This document shows, one piece after another, positions 1 through 31,079 of a DNA stretch of 64,000 nt. The number at the start of each line of letters is the position of its first letter. Position 1 is the first letter of the stretch. Under the pieces are notes generated by a model, which made no database searches, was not told the origin of the DNA, and saw only the letters and a list, made by a program, of their open reading frames with translations. The position numbers were made by a program, and so were the translations under genes. This stretch comes from Ramazzottius varieornatus (Eukaryota; Animalia; Tardigrada): NCBI GenBank assembly GCA_001949185.1, contig BDGG01000012.1, positions 178,973-242,972 on the forward strand. Reading direction: 5' to 3'.

Positions 1-1370
1 GGCAATTATGTACTCTGTAATTTCTCTGACCTGAACAGGGTATCCAAGGTATGGCAGACGGTGCTCGCCCGCCCTTACCTGCAGAAGGCTGTCCGCCTGC
101 ATCTTTCAGTTACCGCAGCTCTTTGTTTTCGGTATCCTGCTTCCACCTTCCAAAGGTCCAATTACTACTTTGACGAAGCGAAAGCACTTTCGGAAGCTTT
201 CACTCGTTTCTGCTACATGCTTAAAAAACTGCGCAGATATTTCTCGAAGCACACCAAAGTACTAGAATTGAGATGGACAGAGTCCCCCACTGACCACCGT
301 CATCTCGGCTGTGACTTCCTGGATTCAACGTATGTCTGCTTCTCGACATATCCCAAAGCCAGGTGACTCACTTGCTGCTGGATAACTATCACATCAAAGA
401 CGGGCTTGACTTGACTTCCGTTGTTGAACGGCACCAGTAGAAAAATCAAGCTCACCCAACAAATTTGTCAGAGTCAGTTCATCTCCTCGGTTTCTGGTTG
501 TAGGACACATTCCATCTCCAGCATTGCCTTTCGAAGATGTCGTTTCGACCTATTCGGGCCGATCTTCAATCCTCGGCACAATGTCCTATGTCAAGGCAAC
601 GATTGCGAGTTTCTGCCACATCTGCAGCCCGTCCCAACGAAACAGCGAGTCGCCGAAGGGGTCCTGCTGGGTTCACAGACGACGTTTTTGCCTTGAGTTT
701 AAAGCTCTGTTGCTGCTGTCTTCGTGGCATAATCTGAGCAGAAACAGAGCATCCTGCTCACTTGAAGCTGGAAAAAATGAGAGAACTTTTGGATTTTGAA
801 GAACCGTTTTCGGATACAGCAGGAACCGCGATCCGGCTAGGGCGGGAGCCGCTGGACTCCCCTCTAAAGATCTGAGTTCCGATTTCACTTCATGTTTTAC
901 GGTCAGGCGGTATTGATAAGGAGGACGTGGAGAGGTTCAAGCTGGCGATTGACCAAAGCTTTGGACCGATACCATATGATGCCATCGCGGCACTTCCGGC
1001 GGAGGTACTCAGACTTTCGGGCTACGAGAAGCTGCGGTGGAAAGTGGAATTGACAAGGTAATAAGTATTCTTCCGGTTGAAAATTAATTTCAATCTGCGT
1101 TTCTGGACTTTGGTGAGGCCACGGTGTTGCAGGTGTGAAAACCGTTACTCGCCGTCGAACCCGGAAGACATCGACTTGGAAACTGTAAACTGGAGTCGAC
1201 TGCGACCTTCTACCTTGCCTTTCTTTCTCTGCTTCAGGGAAGCTCTCATCTAGCTGCTGTTTCGCCCTCAATAACTTAAGGTAGCTAGATTAGGAACATT
1301 TGCATTCGAATTATTACAAGCTTGCAATAAATCAAATCCTAATTGTTGGTTAGTCCGTCGATGACCGTCG

Positions 1371-2639
1371 TTATGGAATACTGTGACTGTACGAGGTACT
1401 CTGGAACTCATCCATACAACTGTACATTCCGAAAATGTCATCTGAGCTCTCCAGAACCTTTCTTGGCAAGACCCTGAAAAAACCAATGGGTCTTCATGAG
1501 CAACGACTGTGTGTGCACTTCAGTTACCTTTCAATACCGTGCGAATGACTGCAATCTACATGTGTAGAGAGCACTGGTACCTGTAAACAGGAAGGAGGAA
1601 CCGCATTACGGCCGGCAGGATTAAATGCCGCTCCTTCAGCTGCATCGAGCGAACAATCCGTTCCGCTAAGTAATCCGGCTCCACGACGGGTATCAGTCGA
1701 GGAAACCGACTCTTCGCTCCCTGGAACAAGCCAGTATGCACCAAGTACGGGCAAACTAACGTTGTACACACTCCCGGCTTCCCGCTGGCCAGAATTTCCA
1801 GCGTTAGCGTCTCATGGAATGAGTTCATCGCGGCTTTCGATCCACAATAGTCGCCCATCTTGCATATACCGGCGTAACCAGCGACGCTGGATATCGTCAC
1901 GATGTGCCCAGAGTTTTGGTTCAGCATATGCGGAAGGAAAGCTTTCACCGTCTGCAACGAAACGTCATGTCAAAATAATTAAGAAGAGTGTTCGCAGAAA
2001 ATTCTACTCAGTTGGGAGCTCAGCAAACCTATACGACAAGATAGCTTTTTCAAGCGGCGCATGCTTTCAGCCAGTAGCACTGTAAACGTGCGCCACTTGG
2101 AAGACAAGCTTCTTGAGCTTGTTCCCCGAGCTCAAATGCAGTTGCCCACGAACCCAGAAAGAAGCTAAAGCGTTAACGCGGAACAGATTCTCGATTCTCT
2201 CATCCGGAAGTTCCATAATCGTCATCCCGTTTACAATCCCGGCGTTGTTGATCAGCCCAAACGGGTCTCCGATATCCTTGCGAACCAAGTCCGCCACACG
2301 ACACACTTCATATCGGTCCGAGATATCACAGCGGTATGCATAAGCTTCTCCTCCCGCGTTCAGTATTTCCGTCTTTACCACTTCCGCCTGGGTTAGATCG
2401 ATATCCCAAATCACAACTTTGACTCCGAGTTTCCCCAGTCGAAGAGCCAAACATCTTCCGATACCGTTGCCCCCGCCCGTAATCACCACAATCTTGCCAA
2501 AGAAGGACTCTTTCTTCCGGAGAATGTCTGGTATGACTGCGAAGATCAAGGCTTCCAGAAAATAATAAAGTATCTTGAAAGGAAGGACCAGCAACAGTAT
2601 CCAGTCAGGAAGTCGATCCATATCAAACAGAGCATACAT
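1371..2639 (-). CDS. Short-chain dehydrogenase/reductase, SDR16C family (RDH10/SDR16C5/HSD17B11-like), copy 1; 3 exons
   Basis: N-terminal hydrophobic anchor, TGGGNGIG, NNAG and catalytic YCGSK. Introns 1952-2153 and ~1475-1579; stop TAA at 1371-1373. Start could instead be 2621. Confidence 0.9.
2014..2133. repeat. Family A palindromic intronic element (SDR copy 1, intron 1)
   Basis: GAGCTC at both ends; core AAGCGGCGCAT-N25-GTGCGCCACTT. Confidence 0.85.
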
Positions 2640-3348
2640 TTGCGTACCCGTCGGGTTGAAACGAAACGACCTATTTTTCAGAGCTTGAGCACAAATCAAC
2701 CTTACAGGACGGAAGCTTTGGAAAGGTGCTTGTCAGTCCATAAATCTTCAAGGACCCATTCATTCATCACTAACAAGACTTCTCCTAACATCATGAAAGG
2801 TCGCATGCTATCATTAAATGAGAAGGGTTGTATCATCAGGGAAGCTGTATGGCTAATGGAAAGGATTGACACTTGAGAACCTTGATCCTCCATCTTCATG
2901 CATGCTCGTGATACTCCAACCTAAGCTTTATACTGCACGTTAACGCTTCCTGCTTTCCCTATAATTGGTCATAGAGGGTACATTATCGTGTGGTACACAA
3001 AGAGCTCTTGAAGGCGTGTCGGACACAGAGTAGACAGTGCACCGGAAGTAATCCGCGAAACATGCAATCTGGCTCTTCAATCATCTCTTTATCCCGGCTA
3101 AACATTAGCACAAGAACCTGCAAGGCGAGGCTTTCCGCCTTGCATGCATGAAACTCAGATTAGGCGAATGATGGTGTAATCACGTAAGAATGGGCATTCA
3201 CAAAACATTACACAGATTATCAAAAGGCCACGAACTGGAAAGATGACGAGTACAACGGATACATTCTGGTAAAAATTAAACTCGAGAAAAGGAAGGCTGA
3301 TTGAAAGAAAGAAACTTGGAAATAGTAAAGGTTGGGTAGTTTTGGTCT

Positions 3349-4961
3349 TTATCGGAAATTATAAGGCCCTAAGTTTTTAACTACAGTTTCAGGGTCTTCT
3401 TTGCGTATTGAGGAAACCCGTCTACCTTTCGTTCCACCTTCGCGTCCCACAAAAGAAGCCATGAACTCCTGGACGCCGAGAAAGTCTTCGACGGCGATGA
3501 CGGCTTTACGAGGAAGTAACCTAGAATCAGATCAAGCATCAGCAGCCGTTCAGAATCACACACATCCAGATTCCTTCCAAAGCGGAAGTGACTTACGCTC
3601 TGAGAGGCATCAAAAAGTAGAGGCTTCGCGGGATGTAGACCTGGTATTCATTTAGAAGGATGGCACTGACGACCCTTTGTGCGACGTATTCGGGCTCGGT
3701 CAGTGGAAGCAGAAAAGGTAATCTGGAATAAGCCAGAGCAGATGCGACATAATCAGAGATGATCACAGCTCACTAAGTACCACTTAAAGGTTGCAACGAA
3801 ATCATTCAAGACGACTACCGAAGGCATACCTAGCTTTGGCGCCTTCGAACATGCCGGTATTGATAAAAAAGGGACAAATGTTCGTCAACTGAATTCCATT
3901 CTTCCCTAGCGCTCGAAGTTCCACGGCGAGAGACTCATGAAGACCCAGAGCTCCGTATTTACTGGCACAATAGTCCCTACAAATGCAAACCGAGTCATGA
4001 GCAATCACGTAAACATAATCCATGATCGTACGAATGGAGATCTCACATCATAATCTACGTCCGCAAAACAAAACACAGTTCGCCAAGCAAACTCACACAA
4101 GTCTTGCTGTAGGACTTCTGCCGGCAATGGAGGAAATGGTGACGATGTGTCCGTGATTCAACGTCATCATGTGTGGAAGGAAAGCTTTCAGTGTCTGCAA
4201 AAACAATAAACTACTGACCGGAGAGTGGGTGGGCGAAGAACTGGCAGCTCGACAGATAACCTCGACCAGATCGTATTCCCAAGTGGCGCACCCTGTCAAA
4301 GATATAGGCTAGAAGCGTGAGCCGCTTAGGGAAATGATCTCGACGAGTTTGATTGTCTTCCCAAGCGGCGCACGTTTCCCGTGCTACTGGCCGCAAACGT
4401 GCGCCTCTTGGAAAAGCGATCTTGCAGAGTTTGTTTCCCGGATGCGTATTTGGAAAACATAAATGGAACGACGAATTGGACGATTACCCAGAAATGCGCA
4501 ATGACGTTGACTTCCATAACTTTCTCGATCTTCTCGTCCGGGATATCCAGAAACCATTTGCCGTTAACGATCCCCGCATTGTTGACCAACAGGCTGACAT
4601 CTCCCACTTCCCTTCTAACTCTTTCTGCCGTCTCGTATACCTGCACTCGATCCGTCACATCACAGAAATACATTGAAGCTTCACCGCCTTCATCCTCGAT
4701 CAGCGCCTTTGTGCTTTCCAGCCCGGCAGTGTTGACATCCCACATGACCACTTTGGCACCTAGCTTGGCCAGATGGATGCTGATCAGCCTCCCAATGCCA
4801 CTTCCGGCGCCGGTGACCAGTGCGATTTCTCCATAAATGCTCTTGGTTGTCCGAAAGCTCTTGGGGATGAAGAGTGTGATAAAGCCTTCTAAACAGTAGT
4901 AGGCAGTGAGTAATAGAGTTTGGACGACTTCGAGGAACAGACTCATTCTCACTGCGTGCAT
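3349..4961 (-). CDS. Short-chain dehydrogenase/reductase, SDR16C family, copy 2; 5 exons
   Basis: TGAGSGIG, NNAG, YCASK and ICPFFINTGMF. First intron 4195-4487 sits at the same FW|T position as in copy 1; stop TAA at 3349-3351. Confidence 0.9.
4245..4445. repeat. Family A element, doublet (SDR copy 2, intron 1)
   Basis: Two cores, both with 25-nt spacers; CTCGACCAGATCG arm. Confidence 0.85.
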
Positions 4962-7158
4962 TTGCGAGCCTGTAACAAAAAAGTAGGAGAGTAGTAAGTG
5001 TCAATGTACGACTGAATTCCTGACTGATACAAAATTACTCACTACTTGTTCACTTCCGCTGCCGTAAGTACCCACCTGTTTCGAGAGGAACAACTTCCGG
5101 GGAGAATGATCAAGCCGTCCTGGAGAGGGATGAACAGCGACCGAGGGAAGCACGCTGGTTGGTGAGAGGTGATCGCTCTGGGGAAACAGGGTGACAGGTG
5201 GTGACTGTCGATGACTCGATGCTATCGGATCTTTGTACATGGACTTTAGACGTTGAACTGATCCAAGAAGATAAAGTGCGCTGTGCGAGGGAAGACGGAA
5301 GACTATGGCCGGAGCTGAATGGAGCCGGAATAAATTTCTTCACGATGGCGATCAGCTGTTGATTGTTGACAGAGTGTCAAGCCTACATGACGAAGTGACA
5401 TGGCATGACCTGACATACGTGATGGGCCTCCGATTTTTTCGGTTGATTGACTTCCTTGAATTGACTTCTGGTACGGCGCCACTGTCGCGAATGCGATTGT
5501 ACTGGGAAGAGTCATGTCAAGTTCGAAAACCGCTTCCTACTACAACCGCTGCCAAACGTCAAAAAACAAGCATAGTTATTTTGTACGGAAACGATGTAGA
5601 GTCTAATATAGAGTTTCGACCCGCACGGGTATCGCCAGCGGCAAAATGAGTTAATGCTGCACTATCGTACGGAGCCAAGGGCCTCAGACCGTACCGATCG
5701 TTACCCTACAACAATGGCGCAACCGGTTTCTCGCACTTCCGTCAATGATATCGATTTTCTCAAAAATGCACACACCGCACGATTCATGTGACCCACATAT
5801 TGAGTTTTCTTGTCCGATGTGGCAGTCTGTAAGTCGTTTCCTCACACTAAAATGATTCAAGAGCTCGCAGCAGATCAAGCGAGCATCTCCCCCAAGTCTA
5901 CACGTACGAAACTCGCGGCAACACAAGCCTAAAAATGTGACTTATCGATCTGCCGGAAGCAGACTTGAAAAATCATTTCGTTCGCCCTCCTGTCCGACCC
6001 AGACAACTCACATATTTGCCCATAAGCTCACAAGACCATGACAAAAGTTCCGTCTCGACTCTCGTACAGTTCCGTCTGTTCACAATCTCCATATAGGCCG
6101 TGGCAGCGTTTCTTTGTTTACTACTGGTAGTCCACTTCATTGACTCAAGCCAAGGGGCCAAACGCCACCCCTTGGACGAGAAGGGTCAGCGGTCTGGCAA
6201 TTCCACAAATACTGGCTGAATATGTCGTCGGCTACTTGTAACGGGTCCAGCTGACGCTTCGTGAAAACCAGTCATATTCTTGACGTCACACATGGCACTG
6301 GTCGGTAGACCCTGAAGGGGGGTATGACCTATTAAGCTCGAATGGAGGCAGCAAAAGTCCAGCCAGTGGCCGACCATTGTCTGTCTTTGTGTATGTCAGC
6401 GTGTTTATCAGATGTCAAACGAACCATAACATTCCATCAGCACACATACAGCATGGCCGTAATCCATGCATCAGTTTGAACTTGTACTCTTCTGACACCA
6501 GCTCCAAAAATAGAATCCGTGTTCATCACGGTGCTTCCGGAAAGCTTAGAGCTCGGCATTTTACATTCTCCATAAGCGCCTACGGATCACGCTCGGCCAT
6601 TCCCAGGGTAAGACGAACAGCTGCAGTGAGAGCAAGAAGGCTTGCATGCTCAATCTTTGTTCCGTTGTCGACCTGGTTTCCATCTGTTATTCTTGATTCT
6701 CCCACCTCCGTTTTGACCCCTTATCTTGCGTGTTCTAGGATGAGCATCTCCAGAGAATTTCAAGAGGAGAGATAACCATCGAAGCGGAAGCAGGATGAGT
6801 TTTCTCCCTGACTGGGTTGGATGCAAGGTAAGATTTGCACATGGTCGTTCTGAAGTCGTTACCACAAGACTGCGGGATGCTCATTAGTCCCGGGCATCTC
6901 AATCAATCAAAGCAAGTGTAGTCTGGGATTTCGCCATCAGCTGTGCTGTACTTTCGAGCGAATGTCCTTCTCATGGATTTGACTGTTTACAAACCTTGAG
7001 ATGTCTTCTCCATGGTCAAACCCGTGTCTTTTGGCTGTCTGCAGCTTTCTAGAGTTCAAGCAGGCTGTGAAGAAAGCAGAGTTTGAAGAGTAGACGATTT
7101 AGTGTGCGTTTTTTTGTTGCAGATTCAGCCCTCGGAAGTGACTTCATCGTATCCTTCG

Positions 7159-9142
7159 ATGTATCTTTCCAACTACGGAATGAACAAGTTCGACACGATG
7201 GCGCATTCTCCGAGCAGCAACAGCATCTGGTCATCCTCTCCGGCTGACTCGGACCATGATTCGTGGCTGCATCGTGGCCGAGGATCGTCGGAAAGCCCAG
7301 CTCTGCGCACTTCTTCCAACGAGTCGTCTGGACGCTACGACGATGTTTTGGGCCCGATAGCTGACTTGGCTAGTCCCCTTTACCACCCGTACGGTATGAA
7401 ATACTCCTTCCTTCAATCTTGGCTATAATCTGTACCATGCGAGAGCGTTCCTAGAGACCGAAGATGAGCTTCCCTGAAAACAGGTTCAAAGCCCGGAAGA
7501 GACAAACCGGAACCAACTGAAAAATTGGGTTGGGGCATTTTCTACTTGACGGTTGAACCGTAGAAAACTGTTGATCTTACAGGGAAAATTGCCACGCGCG
7601 CGGAAGACACTGTAGCGCTGAGCAGCCAAATATCCAACTTGAGTTTCACGGGGTCGCGCACTACGGCCTCGCCAACCTTGTCTTCTGGCTCGTCTTCCGG
7701 GTACTCGTCGCTGCTGACCACCTTTGACAGCTCGAAGCTCTTCCCGCTGAACCCTGTCGCCAAAGAGTTCGTCCCAGCCCCCAAGAGCTGGGCTGCCATC
7801 GCCAGTTCAACACCCAACGCTAAAGCTTCGACCAACAGCAGCGTCAAGACCGTTCCTGGAGGTGGAGGTCGACAGAAAGCAGCACTGCCTACTTCTTTGA
7901 AGTCCCCTGCCAAGCCGGCAGCGCTGAAGGGAAGGAACTCTCCGACGGAAAAGCAGAAGGAGTTCCAACCGGAGAGAGCTGTTCCACACAAGCAACATCA
8001 CGTTGCTGCCAAAGGTAAGGATCGCGCTACCAAGTATCACGAACTCGCGCACTGTCATAACATTATGTGATTTGTTTCTGTAAGGCTGTCTGTATGCAGG
8101 TCTGGAAAAGGCGTAGACATTGTCATGATTTGGAGTAATTTGGCGTGCGATGTTTCGTAGGTGACGGTGGGGGATTTGTGCCCAGTTTCATGCAGTCCAA
8201 CAAGGTACAAGGAAAGAGTTCCTGGAAGACGCTCGTCAACAACGGCTCGGGGAGACCCAAGCAAGACTACAATCTCGTTTCCTTCACCGAACGAGAAACT
8301 TCCGAACTCGCCCCGCAAGAACTGAAGCGACTACCACCTTCCGAACTGTATCGACGCATCGTAGATGAAGTCGACTTGAACCTCGAGACTGCCGATCTGA
8401 GCTTCAACAACGCTCGCTTCTTCGTCCTGAAGCCCGGGAGTGAGCAAGAGATCTTCGAGTCGGTGTTGAGCTCGACGTGGTCCAGCTCCTCGTATGGGAA
8501 CGAGGTGCTTGGTACTGCCTACAATTCTCAGAAGGGAGCTTCCTTGTTTCTTTTCTTCAGCATTAACGGCAGTGGCCACTTCTGCGGCATGGCGGAAATA
8601 GTCAGTCCTTTGTGTTACACTGCGACGAATGATCCTTTCGCTGGGGAGAGAAAGCGATGCCAGTTCAAGATAAAATGGATCTTCATCAAAGGTGTGACTA
8701 CTCGTACTGACGGTCGGCAAACATACTCGACCAGACTGCTTTCCCCCTAAAGTGGCGCACGTTTTGAGGCAATAACGCTGAATATGTGCGTCACTTGAGA
8801 GCCCGGCAGGTTCGCTTTTCCGAGTGGCGCACGCCACAATCCATTGTGACCGGAGACGTCCGCTACTCGTGGAACACAATATCTAACTCCCAGTCTTTGC
8901 CCAGCTCGGTTCAAAAGTTCTTTCTTTCTGCAGATATTCCGAATGCCTCTTTAAGACACATCACCATCGAATCGAATGGGATCAAATCTGTCGTCAACTC
9001 GAAGGACGCGACGGAAGTGTCGCCCACCGAAGCTGCCAAGATGGCTAAGGTTTTCCAGTCTTGTGCGAGCCACACCAGCGTTTTGAGAAGTGTCCTGTTT
9101 AAGGAAGCTCCTCATCGACGCAAGTCACACGCTGAGCGATAA
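7159..9142 (+). CDS. YTHDF-like YTH-domain protein with PAM2 motif; at least 4 exons, 5' end uncertain
   Basis: FLFFSINGSGHFCGMAE and KWIFIKDIPN...LRHI...NSKD match the YTHDF YTH domain; also SWAAIAS and LNPVAKEFVP. Introns ~7394-7581, ~8015-8160 and 8692-8933 all splice in frame. Confidence 0.85.
8714..8907. repeat. Family A element, doublet (YTH gene, last intron)
   Basis: Cores at ~8750 and ~8822, both N25. Confidence 0.8.
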
Positions 9143-10576
9143 ACACTTGAGCTGGGAGTCTTGCGCAGTTTTTAACCAGCGAAGTACTACACGAGCTGTT
9201 GTCTTCCGCATTTCTCTCTCTCCCTCTTTCTTTCTCTCTTTTACTCGCGATCCTTTTTTCTTCTCTGGTATCCAACTTCTTTTCACTAGCACACTCTAGC
9301 AGAAACTCTTTTCACCAGTCTCCATTTTGCTTTTGCGTTTACGTGCTCAATGAAGCTGCGTTTTGCGGGAAGGAATAAGTGTCTAGTAAAGCGTGCCCGT
9401 TCGTCGTGCGTAACTTGAAAACAGTGCTCGGCAGACAGTTCAGATCTCAATATGGAGACCAGACGAGGAACCCCGTGAGGTTGAAAGAAAAGAAGCCTCA
9501 AACTGAAGATTTTTTTCCACGAACAGTTTGCACGGGAGCCTTCGCGCTGTGAACTGCTTCCAGCAAAGCTCGACGAACTGATGAGGAATGCGAAAGATAA
9601 GAGGGACAAACAGTTTCAAAAGAGATAACACGGTCGTATTGTCTGAAACTTGAAAGTCGTATGATGGTGCAGGAATGTTGAACGTAGACTTCTAGCGTAA
9701 AAGATTGCAGGAAGCGACTGTGAAGTGTGACGCGGGTTGTTTGTAATGTAAGGTTGACGTCAGACAGGTGAATTGGATATGAATCATATGATTAATTCCT
9801 ACCTGGTCCAGGCAGGATTCGGAGGGCGGCATCCCTGCCGTAAATGTCTCCGCATGACTGCACGACTAATATCCGGGGAAATGTGCGTGGGCAGGTAGCA
9901 TCTCGCTTTTTTCCACCCTGCGGACGGTCACAGACGCCCATGCTTGTGGTTAAGCGGCGAGCCTTCCTGGGTTGCACCAGCCAACCGCAATCGGGCGAAG
10001 GCGGGGGCAAGCCGAATGGGCAAGCCGAGTGGGCAAGCCACGTTGTTCCGGTGCGTCGTTCCATCATCTCGTAAGTTGCTTTAGCTTGGCAGGCTGTACG
10101 GTTACTGTTAACACGACAAACTTGACGCACCTGCGTTTGCCTTCGGGCAGTGATGTTGGAGTTGTGTGTGACTTGAAACATAACGTACAGTATACGGCGA
10201 AGGCAGATGCAGTTTCAAGCTTATCACAGTTTTACAACAACCTGGAATTTACGCCATTCTCGACGAAGCAGCAGAGGGCAAGAGTAACGAGAAGAACGAG
10301 TAATTTCAAGTTTTGAGTTGCAACTTTGAGCCACGAAACGACGCGCTGTGCTTGAGCTGACTGCAATGACGGATTTATGATTTATCGGATGGAATACTCC
10401 TTCGTGCTGTAAGTCTGCTTTTCAAACCGGATTATAATCTTATTTTCCATGTGATATCCCTGCAAACAAGCCTGGAATATTCTGCTGATTATTTATTGAC
10501 GTCGAGACGATGGGTATTGGGGAATATAGTGGAATAATCAATTGAGGCGACTAATTTCCCGTCGACAGCCACAAAA

Positions 10577-27127
<16,551 letters not shown>

Positions 27128-28677
27128 GTTTTAATTGCTGTATGCGAAACACATCGTTGTTCTCGTTTTTACTTTTTTCAATCGAAGGCCTTTGGGACCA
27201 TGCTTTTTTTTAATGGAATAGCACCTCTCACTTATCCCGAGGCAGCTTAGAGTTTCAGGCAGCTGTACCGATACGTTAATCATGGCTGCTTCTTTGTATG
27301 TTTACACGCATTCCGGCTTGTGATTGAGGGTTTTCCATCCATCCACGAGGCGTTTTAACATGTACAAAATAAAGTCAGCAAGATCCAATGCCAAAACGCG
27401 CTATATCCAGTCGCTCTGAAAACTGACAAATAACAACTGATTGCGAGTGATTTGGGCCACAAGGATATAGAGAATGAAACAAGAAGGGAATAGTCACTGC
27501 ATTAATTCAGATCGGAGCTCCAACTTTACAACTGTAGTCTCCATTCATCGTACGCGAAACTTTGATGGCTGAAGGGACACCCGGCTCCGTTCGGTTCTCG
27601 GCAATGCAAGACGCCTGCTGCATCGCACATTTGAACTCCGACCGATACTGTGGTTGGATTTCCTCAAGAAGGCGTTCGGCATCCTCTGCTGAGAGTGAGC
27701 GAGAGATCTTTTTGGTTCATTGATTATCGTCATTTGCAACCAGGAATTTCCTGCTCAGGCAATGACACTTCCTTTCTGCGAAAAGAAAACAGGCACAACG
27801 GAATAGTAAAAGAGATACAGAGGGAAGTGCAGTACTTAGAAGTGAAATTTTCATAACAACACAGAACGAAACAACTATCTTTGTACATCGTTTTGCCACA
27901 CCCAAACAATAAGACTCTGACAGAACTTCAGCTACAAAAGGCGGTCTCTTCCAGCAGTTAAGTCCAGGACCCTGAATAATTCGAGAGGAACTACCGCTGA
28001 AATTCTGACCGAGTGCGGACAACATGTGCCCAGATCAAGGTGAGAACTGAGCGTTCGCCTGGATTCGTTCCATGTCTCAAACGTCGACCCGTGTGGGACG
28101 TGTTCGCATTGGAAACATTAGGTCATTTAGTCATCACGTACGCACTGGGCTCGATCACTTCGGCGCGCTGGCGAAGAAGAATCCGTAGTGCCACAGTGAT
28201 TGCCAGCAGAAATCCGTGCGTCCCGTCGGTCCCGTCAGCGGAAGCTGACGTCGCAATCACTGTGGTAGTGTGCGCGACGCTGCAGGAAAACCAGATTTCG
28301 TCAAAGTCCTGTCAGAGAGTCCGGCCCTGTCAAACCAGGTGACGGGGACGTCTGACGTCACTCCCAGCTTACGGGGTGATGTCATGCGCGAATCGACCGG
28401 AAAACTGCTTTGTGTTTCAAGTTGTTTTCGTTTTTCGTTCCAAAGCCAATTCACAGCCGATGACTGTGAACAGATGGGGAAAAATGATCTACGACACCTG
28501 ATGGAACTTCAAAAAAATATGGTGAGAACATGGTGCTCTTCGTTCCAGAGAGAAGCGAATGCGCCGCGCTGGCAACAATCCAGAGGGATATTTCTCAAGC
28601 TATGATGAAGAAGTGTATCTTAACTTTCTACAGCTTCAACATTGCCTCATATCTCTGTCTGTGCATAGCGTTGGTTA

Positions 28678-29286
<609 letters not shown>

Positions 29287-30043
29287 TCAAAAATGTTCAA
29301 AAATCCGAACAGCGGCACTGATGTGCTGCTGAAGCGCACGTCTGTCGGAGCATGGCAAGCCAAAACGTGCAAAATTAAGATGGTAGGCCATAAATTTACC
29401 GGAGCCAGGTCTCGAATGTGCGAAACCTTGGCATCGAATCCCGGTAGAAGTGCTTTTTCAAATACTGAGCTAACAGGTGCAGTCGATCAACCGAAGTGTG
29501 TTTCTGTTTCTTTTTCATACCGAAGCTGCGGTGGAGGTTGATTGATTGATCTTGCTTACTAGGCAAATTAACAATCTGGTACGTCACAGAATGGTTACGT
29601 TATGACTAAAATCTGCCCCGCATTATGTTTGACGCATGACGTTAAAGATACTTTACGATGTCCGTCCTTCCAGCAACTCGCGCTCCAGCAGCACATCAGT
29701 GAACAGCGGGCCTGTAACTTATGGCCAACCATGTGTATAGTGTGTCATGTCATGCAACGTAATGTAATTTGAAATTTTGAATCTTTCCATCGTTTTGATC
29801 TGGTGGGCGGGAAGGGTAAAGAAACTGAGCATTTTCAACCGGACTCTCCCACGGGGTTATTCCGCCGCGCCCTGTACCATTTGCGCGTCATCTATCCGAA
29901 TAAAGACCGGGTGTTAAATCACCAAGAGTTGAGCGCCTTCTCGAAACTTATTTTCCCCAATAACTGCTTTCTTCCATTCTCCTTCTAGCGTACTGTACTT
30001 ATTCTCGCGATTTGCTTTCTAGGTTAAGGTGCGTGGCTCCTGG

Positions 30044-30772
30044 ATGAACATGGGGAAAATTACGGACCTCAAGACGTTGATCCTGACCGCGGACAAAGAA
30101 CGACCAGCAGCCACAGTTAAGAAGCTAACCCTGGATGGCGCCAAAGCGGAGGATCTATCAGCTGTGACCGAGTTACTGGAATCTCACATCGGTCTCCAAA
30201 GTCTTTCCCTCGTAGCTGTGGGTCTCACCTCGCTCCACGGACTTCCTCAACTACCCACCTTACGTAAGCTCTACGTTGGGGACAACAAACTCAGTGGCAG
30301 CCTCGACGTGGTGGCTGTACAATGTCCCAACTTGGAAGAACTGTCCCTCGTGGGCAATCAACGAATCAAGACTATGGAAGTGTTGGCCCCGTTGAAAGCC
30401 TTGGGGAAGCTGAAAGTCCTGGATGTCATCGATTGTGGTCTCGTGCAAAAGGATCCAGAGAACTATCGAAAAGGTTTGCGTGAGTATTTTCCCCAGCTGG
30501 AAATCGTGGATGGGATGGATGGCAATGATCAGGAGGTCATGATGGACGACGGTGATTCTGAAGATGAGGAACTGGACTCTGACCACGAGGAAGAGGACTA
30601 CACTGATACTGATGGCGAAGACAACGACGAGAATGACCGGTTCATCGATGTGGATACTTATCAGTCTGAAGGAGAAATGGAAGACGAGTCTGCTGGAAGC
30701 GCCGCGATGAGTGAACAACCAGCGGCCAATGGGAGAAAAACGCTGAACGAAAGAACGGAGAATAAAAAATGA
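30044..30772 (+). CDS. ANP32-family acidic leucine-rich nuclear phosphoprotein, intronless CDS
   Basis: KLTLDG, LSLVAVGLTSL..LPQLPTLRKL, CPNL, LRRcap NYR...FPQL..VDG and acidic tail. Confidence 0.85.
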   Translation: MNMGKITDLKTLILTADKERPAATVKKLTLDGAKAEDLSAVTELLESHIGLQSLSLVAVGLTSLHGLPQLPTLRKLYVGDNKLSGSLDVVAVQCPNLEELSLVGNQRIKTMEVLAPLKALGKLKVLDVIDCGLVQKDPENYRKGLREYFPQLEIVDGMDGNDQEVMMDDGDSEDEELDSDHEEEDYTDTDGEDNDENDRFIDVDTYQSEGEMEDESAGSAAMSEQPAANGRKTLNERTENKK

Positions 30773-31079
30773 AATGAAGCTCAACTCAGCCCAGTTTTGT
30801 CCTCTGGAATCCTGCTCCTTGAATTGCTCTTCCAGGCCTTCTTCTCTTTCATTCTCCGGCCGTACATTTTACAGAGATTCTCTTGATTTCGGAATAAGTG
30901 GTCAGTCTGATCTCGCGTTTTCATTTTTCCGTATCCTTGTAGAATTCGTGACTGTGGTTTAATCTGGTAATGAAATACGGTACAATACCACAGTTGCACT
31001 GGAAGACCAGAATATACCGACCAAACTCTGCTAGGTTGGACTTAATTGATTAGGGGTAACGAACGACGAAGAACAAGGA

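Noticed and set aside
1-1300. Possible spliced minus-strand gene fragment at the window start
   Set aside because: Splice-like signals exist, but candidate exons have stops or give no recognisable protein.
2011-2136. Target-site duplication and superfamily assignment for family A
   Set aside because: Flanks are often AT-rich, but I could not read a consistent TSD across copies, so no superfamily is assigned.
27545-28605. Small gene between scribble and NEDD8
   Set aside because: Only short ORFs; the apparent intron near 28522-28548 is too short (~27 nt).
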